Of a stretch of 64,000 nucleotides of DNA, positions 8,578-18,474 are shown piece after piece. Positions within the stretch are counted from its first letter, which is position 1; the number at the start of each line of letters is the position of its first letter. Made by a program: the position numbers and the translations under genes. Source of the DNA: an uncultured delta proteobacterium (GTDB lineage Bacteria > Desulfobacterota > Syntrophia > Syntrophales > Smithellaceae); assembly GCA_963753975.1 (NCBI GenBank), contig CAVWEH010000005.1:448001-512000 (forward strand), in the 5' to 3' direction. The notes beneath the pieces were generated by a model. That model was not told the DNA's origin and did no database searches. It saw only the letters and a list, made by a program, of their open reading frames with translations.

Positions 8578-10656
8578 TTAAAACTCAAAAGAAAGCCCTC
8601 CCTTAAAAGTAATACCCGGCATGGGATAATAAGTATTAGGCGCCCCTGCTCCGTATGCCGGAACATTATACGACCCAAATGACGCATAATTTACATTCCC
8701 AAGATTTTCCACTCCGAAGAAAGCCGTCATGTGGATTTTCCTGAAAGGTGGCTTGTACGAAAGATAAAGGTTGATGAGTGTGTAGCTATCCAACTTCTCG
8801 GCAATATTATTGTAGTCCTGAGATAGAAATGAATTGCCGACATAGCGTACTTCAGGTCGTAACATCAGGTTGTAGGGTAGATAAATCTCCATACCTACGG
8901 TCGCCATCCGGTTTGGTACGAGCCATAACTCCTTTTTATTAAAAGGTCCATCCTCATAAGTGGCTTTGTGGTAGGTGAAGTTACTATACAGCAGAGCATA
9001 TTTTTCCCACAAATAGGAAAGAGAAACCTCTGCGCCGTCATGCCGCGTTTTCCCGGCATTTTGATTTTCACCTGTAAAAGGTCCGGTAGAAACCCACTGG
9101 ATTTCATCTTCCATATCAATCCGGAAAATGGTCAGGCCTATTTTCAGATTTTCCAGAGGATAAAATTCCGTGCCCAATTCCATGCTAACTCCTTTTTCTT
9201 GTTTCAGGTTGGTGTTAAATAAGGTACCTGTATTAAAACCATTAAAAGAGGCCACCTCCTCGAGAAAAGGAACGCGGTACACAGTCGCGTACTTCGCAAA
9301 TGCTTTCGACTTATTTCCCCAAAGCCAGGTAAGCCCTGCCTCATAAGCTTCGGCATTATAAGTATTTTTCATGTCCGTAAAATTGTTGCTGGGTGTGAGA
9401 AAATCTGTATTTGAACCGCTGATGTCTGTCCGTTCGGACCGGTAACCGCCGCTGAGAATGAGGTTCTTCAATAGGCTGAATTCATCGTGAACATAATATC
9501 CGAGGCTATCTCTTTCCAGATTGGCCGTGCTTGTATTTACGGTTCTTTCCCGATCGAAATAGAAATCTTTTTTGTAGGGTTCGTAATAATAATCCACCCC
9601 AACAATGACTTTATTTTGAAATCCGAAGATTTCTTTGGCCAGAATATATTTCGGCTGAATGCCGAATGTGTCAGCGTTGGCGTCGGAATAGGAAGACCAT
9701 GACGACATATTCACTTGCAGATCTTTTTTACCATACAGAAAATTGATTTCCAACTGCCCCCATAAGCCCCAGAAGGATTTAATGCCGAGATTGACGTTTG
9801 TATATTTATCTCTACCATCGTCATCGGGAGTTGCGGTACTAAACAATGCCGGTGGATAATTCTGGTATTGCCGCGGGTTCTGCTCCATCTGTTCCTTCGT
9901 CAGGGCACCCGGCATTTGATAATCTATTTTATTAAATGAGACACCTAGCGAAACATTCAATAGGTCATTGGCGGAATATCCCACATCAAAGCCGCCACCC
10001 TGCGCGGAATATTTCGAACGCTCCCGATAACCGAAGTTAAAGTTATTTTCTCCGGTCAAGGCATATGTCCATTTGCCGGAAGCACCGGTCACGCCAGCAC
10101 GTTCGTCATTGAGACCATAACTACCTGCAATAACAGACGCGGTAAATTTCGGCTCACCTTTGCCTTTCTTGGTGATAATATTAATCACACCGCCGATGGC
10201 CGCATCGCCGTAAAGGACACTGCCCGGTCCGCGGACGATCTCGATTCTTTCTATGGTATCAACGGGCATCTGCAGCCAATCGATTGAAGCCATATCCATC
10301 CGGTTTAAACGGCGGCCATCCAACATAACTAATGTTTTCCCGTAAGGATTATCACCCCCGATACCGCGCATGTCGATATACGCTTGAGAGGAATTACCGC
10401 TAGAGGTGTGAAATTGAACGCTTTCGAGCTTGTCGAGTACTTCGACAACGGTGGTCGCACCGGACTTACTGATGTCTTCGGCAGTAATGACGGTGATATT
10501 GGCAGGTGTTTTACGCGTTTCCTGCTCGTCGCGTGTGGCGGTAACGACGATCTCCTTCAGTGCGACAGCAGCTTCTTCATCTTTCTTTTCTTGAGCTTGA
10601 AGTGGTGGAAAAAAAACCAAAGAAATGAGCAGAACTAAAACAGGAACTTTCTTCAT
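8578..10656 (-). CDS. btuB: TonB-dependent receptor, probably for cobalamin (BtuB-like)
   Basis: Signal peptide, EIVVTATR, plug motif IERIEIVRGPGSVLYG..AIGGVINIITK, C-terminal Phe; directly downstream of a B12 riboswitch. Confidence 0.8.
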   Translation of the reverse strand: MKKVPVLVLLISLVFFPPLQAQEKKDEEAAVALKEIVVTATRDEQETRKTPANITVITAEDISKSGATTVVEVLDKLESVQFHTSSGNSSQAYIDMRGIGGDNPYGKTLVMLDGRRLNRMDMASIDWLQMPVDTIERIEIVRGPGSVLYGDAAIGGVINIITKKGKGEPKFTASVIAGSYGLNDERAGVTGASGKWTYALTGENNFNFGYRERSKYSAQGGGFDVGYSANDLLNVSLGVSFNKIDYQMPGALTKEQMEQNPRQYQNYPPALFSTATPDDDGRDKYTNVNLGIKSFWGLWGQLEINFLYGKKDLQVNMSSWSSYSDANADTFGIQPKYILAKEIFGFQNKVIVGVDYYYEPYKKDFYFDRERTVNTSTANLERDSLGYYVHDEFSLLKNLILSGGYRSERTDISGSNTDFLTPSNNFTDMKNTYNAEAYEAGLTWLWGNKSKAFAKYATVYRVPFLEEVASFNGFNTGTLFNTNLKQEKGVSMELGTEFYPLENLKIGLTIFRIDMEDEIQWVSTGPFTGENQNAGKTRHDGAEVSLSYLWEKYALLYSNFTYHKATYEDGPFNKKELWLVPNRMATVGMEIYLPYNLMLRPEVRYVGNSFLSQDYNNIAEKLDSYTLINLYLSYKPPFRKIHMTAFFGVENLGNVNYASFGSYNVPAYGAGAPNTYYPMPGITFKGGLSFEF

Positions 10657-10704
10657 GGAACTTCTCCTTTCCCCCTCGGGATTAAAGTAAGTTGGACTCC
10701 CATA

Positions 10705-10845
10705 AAGTTTCCTGGCTTGCGGCTCCCTACTCTCCACGCCCTTCCCGATAATGAGCATCAGTGGTTTGATGTGGATTTCGTTCCGCTTACAGTTGCGGGG
10801 CAGCGCCGGACTTTAACCGGCTTCCTTTATTTGGCAGTCATCTAG
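10705..10845 (-). promoter_or_regulatory. Cobalamin (B12) riboswitch
   Basis: Minus strand reads AAAGGAAGCCGGTTAAAGTCCGGCGCTGCCCCGCAACTGTAA...CCACTG...GGGAAGG...AAGCCAGGAAAC, the canonical B12-element core and B12 box. Confidence 0.93.
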
Positions 10846-11618
10846 GTCAATAACGTCATTCTGGGCAATCCGCTTTGCGGATTTTTATCGATCAGAGTAT
10901 CAACGTCGTAGACCTCTTTTATGTTCGCCGCGGTAATAACTTCCGCGGGTTTTCCTATAGCATAGATTTTGCCCAAGTAAAGTAAAATTATCCGGTCGGC
11001 ATATTGCGCGGTCAGATTGATGTCATGGGTAACAAAAATTACAGTGAGTTGTTGAACTGCGTTTAATTGCTTCAACAAGGTCAGAAACTGAAGTTGATGT
11101 TTCAGATCCAAAAAGACGGTGCTTTCATCCAGAAGCAATACTTTAGGTTCTTGAGCCAGCGCGCGGGCAATCAAGACGCGCTGGCGCTCACCGGCGGAAA
11201 GCTCATCAAAGCGGCGGGAGGCAAAGGCCAGCGTATCCGTTTTTTCCATAGCTTCGTGAACTATCCGGTAATCTTTTTTATCCTCAAAACGATAATTACT
11301 TAAATGAGGAAACCGCCCCATCAGCACAATTTCTTCCGCGTAAAACGGGAAGATAACGGAAGTTTCCTGCGGTACGATGGCTACTTTTTGGGCAAGATCT
11401 TTTCGCGGCCATTCACGGGTATTTTTACTATCAATAAGCAGTTCGCCGGAATCGGGAAAAAGCGTGCCGTTGATAATTTTCAAGAGAGTTGTTTTGCCCG
11501 AGCCGTTTGGTCCGATAATCGCCACAATTTGCGCCTCATTAACGACAAAAGAAATATCTTCCATCACAGGTGTTATGGCATAATTAAAATTTACATTTTC
11601 CGCACTGATTATGGGCAT
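10842..11618 (-). CDS. btuD: Cobalamin/iron-chelate ABC transporter ATPase
   Basis: GPNGSGKTT, LSAGERQR, LLLDES, HDINL; appears fused to the permease in the ORF track only because of the upstream frameshift. Confidence 0.85.
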   Translation of the reverse strand: MPIISAENVNFNYAITPVMEDISFVVNEAQIVAIIGPNGSGKTTLLKIINGTLFPDSGELLIDSKNTREWPRKDLAQKVAIVPQETSVIFPFYAEEIVLMGRFPHLSNYRFEDKKDYRIVHEAMEKTDTLAFASRRFDELSAGERQRVLIARALAQEPKVLLLDESTVFLDLKHQLQFLTLLKQLNAVQQLTVIFVTHDINLTAQYADRIILLYLGKIYAIGKPAEVITAANIKEVYDVDTLIDKNPQSGLPRMTLLT

Positions 11619-11620
11619 GG

Positions 11621-12650
11621 CTAAGGAGTCTTCCTTTTTAAAAGAAAAATGAAGTAAGGTGCGCCGCAGAGTGCCGTAATAACTCCGACGGGCAATTCGG
11701 CCGGCGCTAGAGCTACCCGGGCCAGGGTGTCGGCAATAACTAAAAAACAAGCGCCGAAGAGAGCGGAGACCGGTAATAACAAACGGTGATCGGAACCGAA
11801 AACAAGGCGCATCAGGTGCGGCACCATGATGCCGACAAAGCCGATAATGCCGGCCAGAGATACGGCTACGGCGGTAATCAAGTGAGGTTACAATCAGCAG
11901 CCATTGTTTTGTCCGCTCTACATTAACTCCTAAGTGCAGGGCCGTTTCTTCTCCCAGCACAATTAAATTCAGTTTGCGCGCCTGCGCGTAAAGAAACACA
12001 AAACCGGCAATAAGACAGAAAGCGGCCAAAATAATTTCTCTCAGGGAAGCTCTGGAGAGATCGCCCATCAGCCAGAACGTGATGCTGTGGAGCTCCATGC
12101 TGTTGACAACAGAGAGGAAAAAAAGAATGGCCGCGGAAAAAAAGGCATTCACAACAACACCGGAAAGCAAAAGCGAATTATCCAAAAGCGGGCCTCTGGT
12201 ATTACCGGCCACAACAAAAACGAGAAAAACTGTCGCCAGCGCCCCTAAAAAAGCCAAGAGAGGAATTCCTAAATAAAATGAACCCGCGCCGGTAACTATT
12301 CCGACAATGGCTCCCAGCGCCGAGCCGCCGGATATGCCTAAAATATAAGGATCGGCCAGAGGGTTGCGCAATAGGGCCTGAAAAATAACTCCACCGAGGG
12401 AGAGGGAAGCGCCGACAATGCCGGCAAAAAGAATCCGCGGTAGGCGCACCGAAAATATAATTAATTTTTCCTGAGAATTGATCGATAGATTTCCTGTAAG
12501 CGCATTCGCCAGATAGCGCAATACATGACCAAAATCGATATGGACACTGCCGACACAAAGAGAAACGGCACCAATGACCAAAAAGGCTATAGTCATCAGG
12601 GCGCTGATTTGCGCTACTCGTGATAACGTTAGGCGGCGATAAATAAGCAG
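11621..12650 (-). CDS. btuC: BtuC/FecCD family ABC permease (one +1 frameshift at ~11880; possible CTG start)
   Basis: [30 protein letters not shown]; after the frameshift [12 protein letters not shown] and [16 protein letters not shown]. Confidence 0.85.
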
Positions 12651-12665
12651 GTTCCTCCTCTATTT

Positions 12666-12839
12666 TAATGAGACCCAAGCTTCAGAAACAAAGTGCATAA
12701 CCTGAAGGTCATCTACGACAGAAGTTTGCAGGTCGAATTAATGAAACTCAGATATTACAAACGCAGTGAAGTAATATCTGCTAGCTGAATTAATCCCATA
12801 GCCAAAGGCTATCGGGGTTATCCTGCAAAGCGGAGGGTA
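12666..12839 (-). repeat. Copy of the modular palindromic repeat family
   Basis: Reverse complement of 12666-12740 closely matches 58488-58564; reverse complement of 12818-12839 matches 58470-58491. Confidence 0.8.
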
Positions 12840-12947
12840 TGAACGCCAAAGCTTGCTTTGCGGTTCATACCCATGATTTCGATACACCTTATAACATATT
12901 TCATCAGGTAAATATTTTCTCAGCAATGGACACGCATATTAAATTTT

Positions 12948-13271
12948 CTACTTCAATATGCTTTCCAAATATTTAATACGCTTTTCATGAATCCGGGCTT
13001 CTTCTGCATATTTTTGGTATTTTTGTAAATCTCTTAGCAGCGCTTCCACTTTATTATCGGGAATATGCTTATTTATATTTTTGCCATTATCTCTGTATTT
13101 CAAATAGCAATAGGAATACACATTTTTCTTATATTTTTTCTCCCTGATATGAACCGATCCTTTCGGAAGTTTTTCGAGAATTGAAGAAAGTGACTTAAGC
13201 GAACTCTTATTTCTTTCAAGTTCTTCCTTAAGCATTCCTTCTATCAAACTATCATTTTCCACCACTTTCAT
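12948..13271 (-). CDS. Small basic hypothetical protein
   Basis: 107-aa AT-rich ORF with an LPKGS...YLKYRDNGK pattern. Confidence 0.6.
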   Translation of the reverse strand: MKVVENDSLIEGMLKEELERNKSSLKSLSSILEKLPKGSVHIREKKYKKNVYSYCYLKYRDNGKNINKHIPDNKVEALLRDLQKYQKYAEEARIHEKRIKYLESILK

Positions 13272-13340
13272 GCGAAGAACATATAATATGTGGTGGAAAT
13301 ATGCAAGAGCGATAAATAGATGACAGGCATACGTGCCTGC

Positions 13341-14099
13341 TCACCATTTGCCCACGGGAGCAAGATAAATCGTAAATTCCTCCTCGCCGTCAACACCAAG
13401 GAGTTGGTCGCACGCACTCTGATCGTAGGCAGCAACAGCACAGGTTCCCGCGTCAATACTCTGGCAGGCAAGATACAAATTCTGGCAGACATGACCGGCA
13501 TCGATCGCGATGACTTTGTGCGCGGCCAGATCATAGCGCCACTCCATCCGCGCCGGGATCGCCGTCCAGAAAAAAGTCACGGCAGAGGTAGCAATAAAGT
13601 TTTGACCGAAGCAGGCGGTAGCCGCCTTATGTCCGATCTGATCATCGAGCTTCAGTTGGGCTAACTTCTCCTCAAAAGGCAAAAAACGGTAAAGACCGGC
13701 AGGCAAAGTTTTAACCCGATTGACGATAAGATAGGTTTCAAAAGCGTGGCGCGCTCCCGCGGAAGGAACAGAACGCAGCGCGGATTCCGGACTCACCAAA
13801 CAGCGAACACCTTGTGTGGCCCAGAGCAATGCAGAGAGTTCCTCCAGAGTAAGTGGATTGGGTTTGTATTGTCGGACACTTTCCCGAAAGGCAATTGCTC
13901 CACCAATCGGCATTCTACCCAATCGCGTCAGCGCTTCTCGGCCGCTAGGCAGATCAATTCTTGGTATATCGGCAGGACAGGGTTTTTGCAGAGGCGGAGC
14001 AGGCAGATTCCGGCTTTGCTCTGTTTGCGAAAAATCAATTTGCTGCCGGATAGTATCCTTCAGAAAGAAGCGATTTGCTTCAAAATGCTTTTTGGACAT
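13341..14099 (-). CDS. SagB/ThcOx family nitroreductase-fold dehydrogenase
   Basis: RESVRQY, LLWATQG, RSVPSAGARH, DAGHVCQNLYLAC. Confidence 0.88.
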   Translation of the reverse strand: MSKKHFEANRFFLKDTIRQQIDFSQTEQSRNLPAPPLQKPCPADIPRIDLPSGREALTRLGRMPIGGAIAFRESVRQYKPNPLTLEELSALLWATQGVRCLVSPESALRSVPSAGARHAFETYLIVNRVKTLPAGLYRFLPFEEKLAQLKLDDQIGHKAATACFGQNFIATSAVTFFWTAIPARMEWRYDLAAHKVIAIDAGHVCQNLYLACQSIDAGTCAVAAYDQSACDQLLGVDGEEEFTIYLAPVGKW

Positions 14100-14163
14100 T
14101 CGATTACAGTCTCCCTTTAGCTGATTTAACAAATGTCTTTTGCCAACTGCAACTTGTCAGCAC

Positions 14164-14191
14164 AAGAATTAATTGTACCTGCCCCTATTTA
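14164..14191. repeat. Junction motif AAGAATTAATTGTACCTGCCCCTATTTA (copies at 15761-15787 and 16821-16842)
   Basis: Three same-orientation copies between co-oriented genes. Confidence 0.65.
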
Positions 14192-14238
14192 CTATTTATT
14201 TCTGAGCGCTAATAAGAAAAAAAGCTATAAATACGCTT

Positions 14239-14942
14239 TTAAAAATTTATTTTTTCAAGAAAAGAAACATCCCCAATTTTTAAGTAATTAAATTCATCTT
14301 CAGAAATTATCCGAGAGGACTTCAGCATTAATTTCCTGTTGAAATTTGGGGAATCAATAACTATCGAATGAAACTCACCGTTTTCACCGCACAAATCGAT
14401 GCCGTTGGCGTGAACGGCTTTTCTAAATTCAGTAAATATTTCTTTTGTAATACTTTGTCCAATCCATCCGGCGCTTAATAAATCTGCTTTTGAGAATGAA
14501 AAAATAACTTCAAAGTTATTTTTAAATAACAGTTCCCATATTTCATCTCTTGATTTCTGCCAGATAGGATTGAAAATGTTTAATCCAACTGCTTTGCACC
14601 GGTCTTCCATATAATTTGTAGGGAAGTTGTCAATCAAATCAATATCCCCTGTAATCAGACAGTCTATATCATACAGCAGTTTTATTTTTTCAAGAGATAG
14701 TTGATAAAACTGCGGATAGGGATTTTCAATAACTATCTTTGTCCATGGAAGATTCAACGCTTCGGCTTGTTTCTCAATAACGTTCAAGGGATGAGCCCTG
14801 AAATTTGAACCTGCAGGGATAAAAGTTACCAATCCTGAAATTTCAAAACCTGATTGTCGAGCCATAAATAAGGAGAGCGCGCAATCTTTCCCCCCGTCCA
14901 TGAAACTATTGCTTTCTTTTTTGTGAATTGATTACTCATCAT
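14239..14942 (-). CDS. Dph6/MJ0570-related ATP pyrophosphatase (one-base frameshift at ~14890)
   Basis: Adding one base restores the PP-loop SWTGGKDC; TGDI and DLCGENGEFHS motifs. Confidence 0.8.
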
Positions 14943-14946
14943 GACT

Positions 14947-15012
14947 TCACCCCGTTAGAATGCCCCGTGTGAGCGTTCCCGCTAGAAAGTAGAAAACTTT
15001 CTAACGGGGTTC
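14947..15012. repeat. REP-like palindrome CCCCGTTAGAA...TTCTAACGGGG
   Basis: Terminal inverted repeat; related copy at 35515-35556. Confidence 0.7.
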
Positions 15013-15728
15013 ACCAGGATGTCTCTATACCAAAAAATGGTATTATCTTTTTCCTTATTGTTATCAGAGCCATCAATATTCTCACTCTCCATTTTGTATT
15101 CTCTATGCACAACCTCGCCAAGTTCATAATCGATTTTCGTTTTAAAAATCGGCCCGTCAAAAACAAAAGTATGAAACTCTCCGTTTTCACCACAAGGATC
15201 AACATTACCAGGCAGATCGTTTAGAAAATCTTCGTCAATTACCCGTCCGGCAAATGATTTATCGAGATATTTTTCATTTACGCAAACAATCACCGTTTTG
15301 AAACCCAAATCGATAAACTCTTTTATTATTTCCGTACTCGGTCTTTGCCATAACGGGAACAAGCCTTTCATCGGAACTTCCGCCAATTTATCTTCCCTGT
15401 ATTTTCTCAAGTCTTCCAGGAAAATATCTCCGAATATTGAGTATTCAATCCCTTTGTCTTTGAATCCGTCAAAAGCTTTTTTCATTATTCCGTTATATAT
15501 TTCCAGCGAAGCCAATTCCGGCAGATAAATCTCTTTTAGTTCTATTCCTATATTTTCTGCCTGCAATTGAAGTAATTCCTTTCTTACTCCATGCATTGAA
15601 ATTCTTTTATATTCTTCGTTTAAAGTTGTAAGAAGATATTTTATTTCGATCTCTTTATCATTCAGGCAATGATACAAACATAATGCGCTATCTTTACCGC
15701 CGCTCCAGTTAAATATTGATTTTTTCAT
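14982..15728 (-). CDS. Dph6/MJ0570-related ATP pyrophosphatase (diphthine-ammonia ligase family)
   Basis: WSGGKDS, FGDIFLED, DPCGENGEFHTFVFDGP. Confidence 0.88.
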   Translation of the reverse strand: MKKSIFNWSGGKDSALCLYHCLNDKEIEIKYLLTTLNEEYKRISMHGVRKELLQLQAENIGIELKEIYLPELASLEIYNGIMKKAFDGFKDKGIEYSIFGDIFLEDLRKYREDKLAEVPMKGLFPLWQRPSTEIIKEFIDLGFKTVIVCVNEKYLDKSFAGRVIDEDFLNDLPGNVDPCGENGEFHTFVFDGPIFKTKIDYELGEVVHREYKMESENIDGSDNNKEKDNTIFWYRDILVNPVRKFSTF

Positions 15729-15820
15729 TCTCGCCTACTTAATTTCTAAAGGTATCCCTGAAGAATTAATTGTACTAGTCCCCTTTAATATGTTTGACAT
15801 TTGATTACGGCTCCTTTGTT

Positions 15821-15961
15821 ATACCATTTCGCTTTCAAAGGATAACGAGACGGTAAGGAGGAGGCTCCGCAGGCGTATTACTAACGTGTGACCTTTAGGT
15901 TGTACGTTGAGGACGCCGACGACGTTGCCAACAAAGTTAGCCAAAGAAAGCGAATTCGTAT
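15821..15961. mobile_element. MITE-like palindromic element
   Basis: Imperfect terminal IRs taccatttcgctttc / gaaagcgaattcgta; internal aggcgta..tacg core; no ORF. Confidence 0.6.
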
Positions 15962-15964
15962 TAC

Positions 15965-16777
15965 CTATTTCTTATCGACTTTAACAAAGTCGGCAATCTC
16001 TTGCCAGAAATACGCCTCTGCATGAAACGGCCAGTCATTGTGGCCTGCGCCTTTGATAACCCACATCCGTTTTCTACCTTCGGGCAAAGACGCGTATAAA
16101 TTACGAGCATGTTCAATCGGCAGGATTTCGTCGCGCTCTGCGCCGACAACCGAGATATTTCTTTTAAACGATTTTAGATTTTCGACGCTGTCATATTTAT
16201 CGGTTAACAGCATCTTCACCGGAAGAAAAGGGAACAGCGATTTGGCGACAGCCGCGAGTGTATCCCAGGGTGTAATTAATATTATCCCGACGACGGGAGT
16301 GGTCGTTTGATTGGAAATAGCCGCGGCTACGCCACAACCCAATGATTCTCCCAGAAGATAAAGCGGCTCTCCATATTGTTCGTAGGCGATTTTTACCGTT
16401 TCCAAGCCGTCGACCACGAATGATTTTTCTCCAACTTTGCCCGGCCGGCCTCCGTATTTTGGATATTCGGCTAAGATTACACGAAAACCCAGCCTCATAA
16501 AAGGCTCTAAATAGAATCCTCTGTCGAAAGCTGTGCCGCCATTTCCATGAAAAAGAACGATGGTGCCGCTGGATACGGGTGTGTCGATTGTAGATGTCAA
16601 TCCCCGATAATCGCCATTAGCTTTATGCCAGAACTTCATATTTTCCGATGCCAGCATTGGTTCGGAAGGAAATTCAGAGCTGGGAAAATAAAGAAACATA
16701 TTTTGCATACTACAGCCTCCAAAAAGCATTACCGCGATAAGAAACAACAACCAAATTAGCTTTAGTTTGGGCTTCAT
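15965..16777 (-). CDS. Alpha/beta hydrolase lipoprotein
   Basis: Lipobox FGGC, FHGNGG, GESLG nucleophile motif, GAGHND. Confidence 0.88.
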   Translation of the reverse strand: MKPKLKLIWLLFLIAVMLFGGCSMQNMFLYFPSSEFPSEPMLASENMKFWHKANGDYRGLTSTIDTPVSSGTIVLFHGNGGTAFDRGFYLEPFMRLGFRVILAEYPKYGGRPGKVGEKSFVVDGLETVKIAYEQYGEPLYLLGESLGCGVAAAISNQTTTPVVGIILITPWDTLAAVAKSLFPFLPVKMLLTDKYDSVENLKSFKRNISVVGAERDEILPIEHARNLYASLPEGRKRMWVIKGAGHNDWPFHAEAYFWQEIADFVKVDKK

Positions 16778-16853
16778 TTACTCGGGATTCAGTTCGTTTC
16801 AAAATTATTCTGGATACTAGATTATTATACCTGTCCCATTTATTTACATTTAT

Positions 16854-17699
16854 TTATATTTTGCCAAACATCTCCCTTATCATTACGCCCTCACACACTT
16901 TGGTTACAGGGCCTGTCATCGTGGCTTGAAAACCATCGCTGAAACTTATTTTTAGATTACCGCCTGGCATATGAACAGTGATATCAGAACCACATAAACC
17001 GAGTTTATTAGCGACAGCCGCAGCAGCAGTGCTACTGCTTCCGGATGCCAGAGTATAGCCAGCACCTCGTTCCCATATCTCAATTTGAATATTTTCTCTG
17101 TCAATGACTCTCATAAATTGTACATTCGTCCGGTTTGGGAATTGAAGGTCATTCTCTATGAGTGGCCCATAGCGCAGAGCATCGACAGATGACGGCTTGT
17201 CGTTAGTAAGGATAACACAGTGGGGATTACCAATTGTTGCAGCACAGAATTTGAAGACTTTTTCGTTTACGCATATGTCTTCATTCAAAACTTCCCGCTG
17301 TGGTCCTGCAACAGGAATAATCTGACTATTGAAACTAACTTCTCCCATTTGAACGGTAACAATCTCACCTCCGTTTTCAACCTTACACGAGACAATCCCG
17401 CCGAGGGTTTCCACTGAAAAAGGTTGTTCCTTCACAAGCCCTTCATCATAAAGTGAACGTGCAAAGATACGAAGACCATTCCCGCTCTTTTCTGCTTCAC
17501 TTCCGTCTGGATTGAATATGCGTAAACCAAAATCACATGACTTGCTATCCACTGGACCATAAAGAATACCATCTGATCCTACACCATAGTTACGATGACA
17601 TATGCGGCGTACTATTTCCTGAGACAGTGTAAATTGAAAAGATTTTGGGCGCAAAACTATATAGTCATTGCCCAAAGCGTGATATTTAAGATATCTCAT
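16854..17699 (-). CDS. dapF: Diaminopimelate epimerase
   Basis: KYHALGNDY, NPDGSEAEKSGNGLR, GNPH, NVQF, WERGAGYTLASGSS (catalytic Cys positions read Ser). Confidence 0.85.
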   Translation of the reverse strand: MRYLKYHALGNDYIVLRPKSFQFTLSQEIVRRICHRNYGVGSDGILYGPVDSKSCDFGLRIFNPDGSEAEKSGNGLRIFARSLYDEGLVKEQPFSVETLGGIVSCKVENGGEIVTVQMGEVSFNSQIIPVAGPQREVLNEDICVNEKVFKFCAATIGNPHCVILTNDKPSSVDALRYGPLIENDLQFPNRTNVQFMRVIDRENIQIEIWERGAGYTLASGSSSTAAAAVANKLGLCGSDITVHMPGGNLKISFSDGFQATMTGPVTKVCEGVMIREMFGKI

Positions 17700-17787
17700 T
17701 GTTCCTTCCAATTATTTGAGAAAAGATGAAAAAATATACCATCTTTCAATGCTTTGCGAAAGATGAAAAAAGTACAAATAGCGGCAA

Positions 17788-18474
17788 CTATTTCAAAACG
17801 ATCAGGGCATCAACGACGACAGGCTTAGCTCCGGAAAGAATAACGGGATTGAGATCGATTTCCTGCACCTCTCCAATTTCCAGACCGATGCGTCCGACAT
17901 TAATGAGGATATGGGCAAGAATCTCCGTGTCGGCTGCTTCCATACCGCGGACAGCATCCAGAATTTTGTGTCCTTTAATCTCCCGCATCATTTTCAGAGC
18001 ATCATTTTTATTGAGCGGCGCTTTGCGAAAAGAAATATCCCTTAATATCTCCGTAAAAATTCCTCCCAGCCCGAACATCACGCAGGGACCAAACTGATCG
18101 TCGCGGGTTAAACCAATCACCAGTTCCCGTTTTCCATTAACCATCTCCTGCATTAAGACTGCGCCATCAAAGCCTTTCAGTCCGGCCATAATTTCGTCAA
18201 AAGCATTTCGCGCCTCTATAACAGTTCGAATGTCCATACGAATCAATCCTTTTTCGGTCTTGTGAGCGACAGCCGCCGAACAGCCCTTCATCACCAGAGG
18301 ATAGCCAATTTCTTCTGCGGCTTTTTGAACTTGAGTTTTATCTGTCAGAAGAATTTCGCGCGTAACCGGAATATCATAGAAAGCCAGCACTTGTTTGGAT
18401 TCGTATTCGGAAAGAGTCTTTCGCCCTTCCGTGAGAGCATTATTAATTATCCTGACGGCGGATTTATAATTCAT
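17788..18474 (-). CDS. ADP-forming acyl-CoA synthetase, ATP-grasp (beta) subunit
   Basis: GYPLVMK, HKTEKG, FGPCVMFGLGGIF, EIDLNP. Confidence 0.88.
   Translation of the reverse strand: MNYKSAVRIINNALTEGRKTLSEYESKQVLAFYDIPVTREILLTDKTQVQKAAEEIGYPLVMKGCSAAVAHKTEKGLIRMDIRTVIEARNAFDEIMAGLKGFDGAVLMQEMVNGKRELVIGLTRDDQFGPCVMFGLGGIFTEILRDISFRKAPLNKNDALKMMREIKGHKILDAVRGMEAADTEILAHILINVGRIGLEIGEVQEIDLNPVILSGAKPVVVDALIVLK

Noticed and set aside
10842..12596. 584-aa permease-ATPase fusion in the ORF track
   Set aside because: Caused by a +1 indel at ~11880; the true permease C-terminus is in ORF 11621..11881
12666..16842. CRISPR array interpretation of the short repeats
   Set aside because: Repeats are separated by whole genes rather than regular spacers; no cas genes
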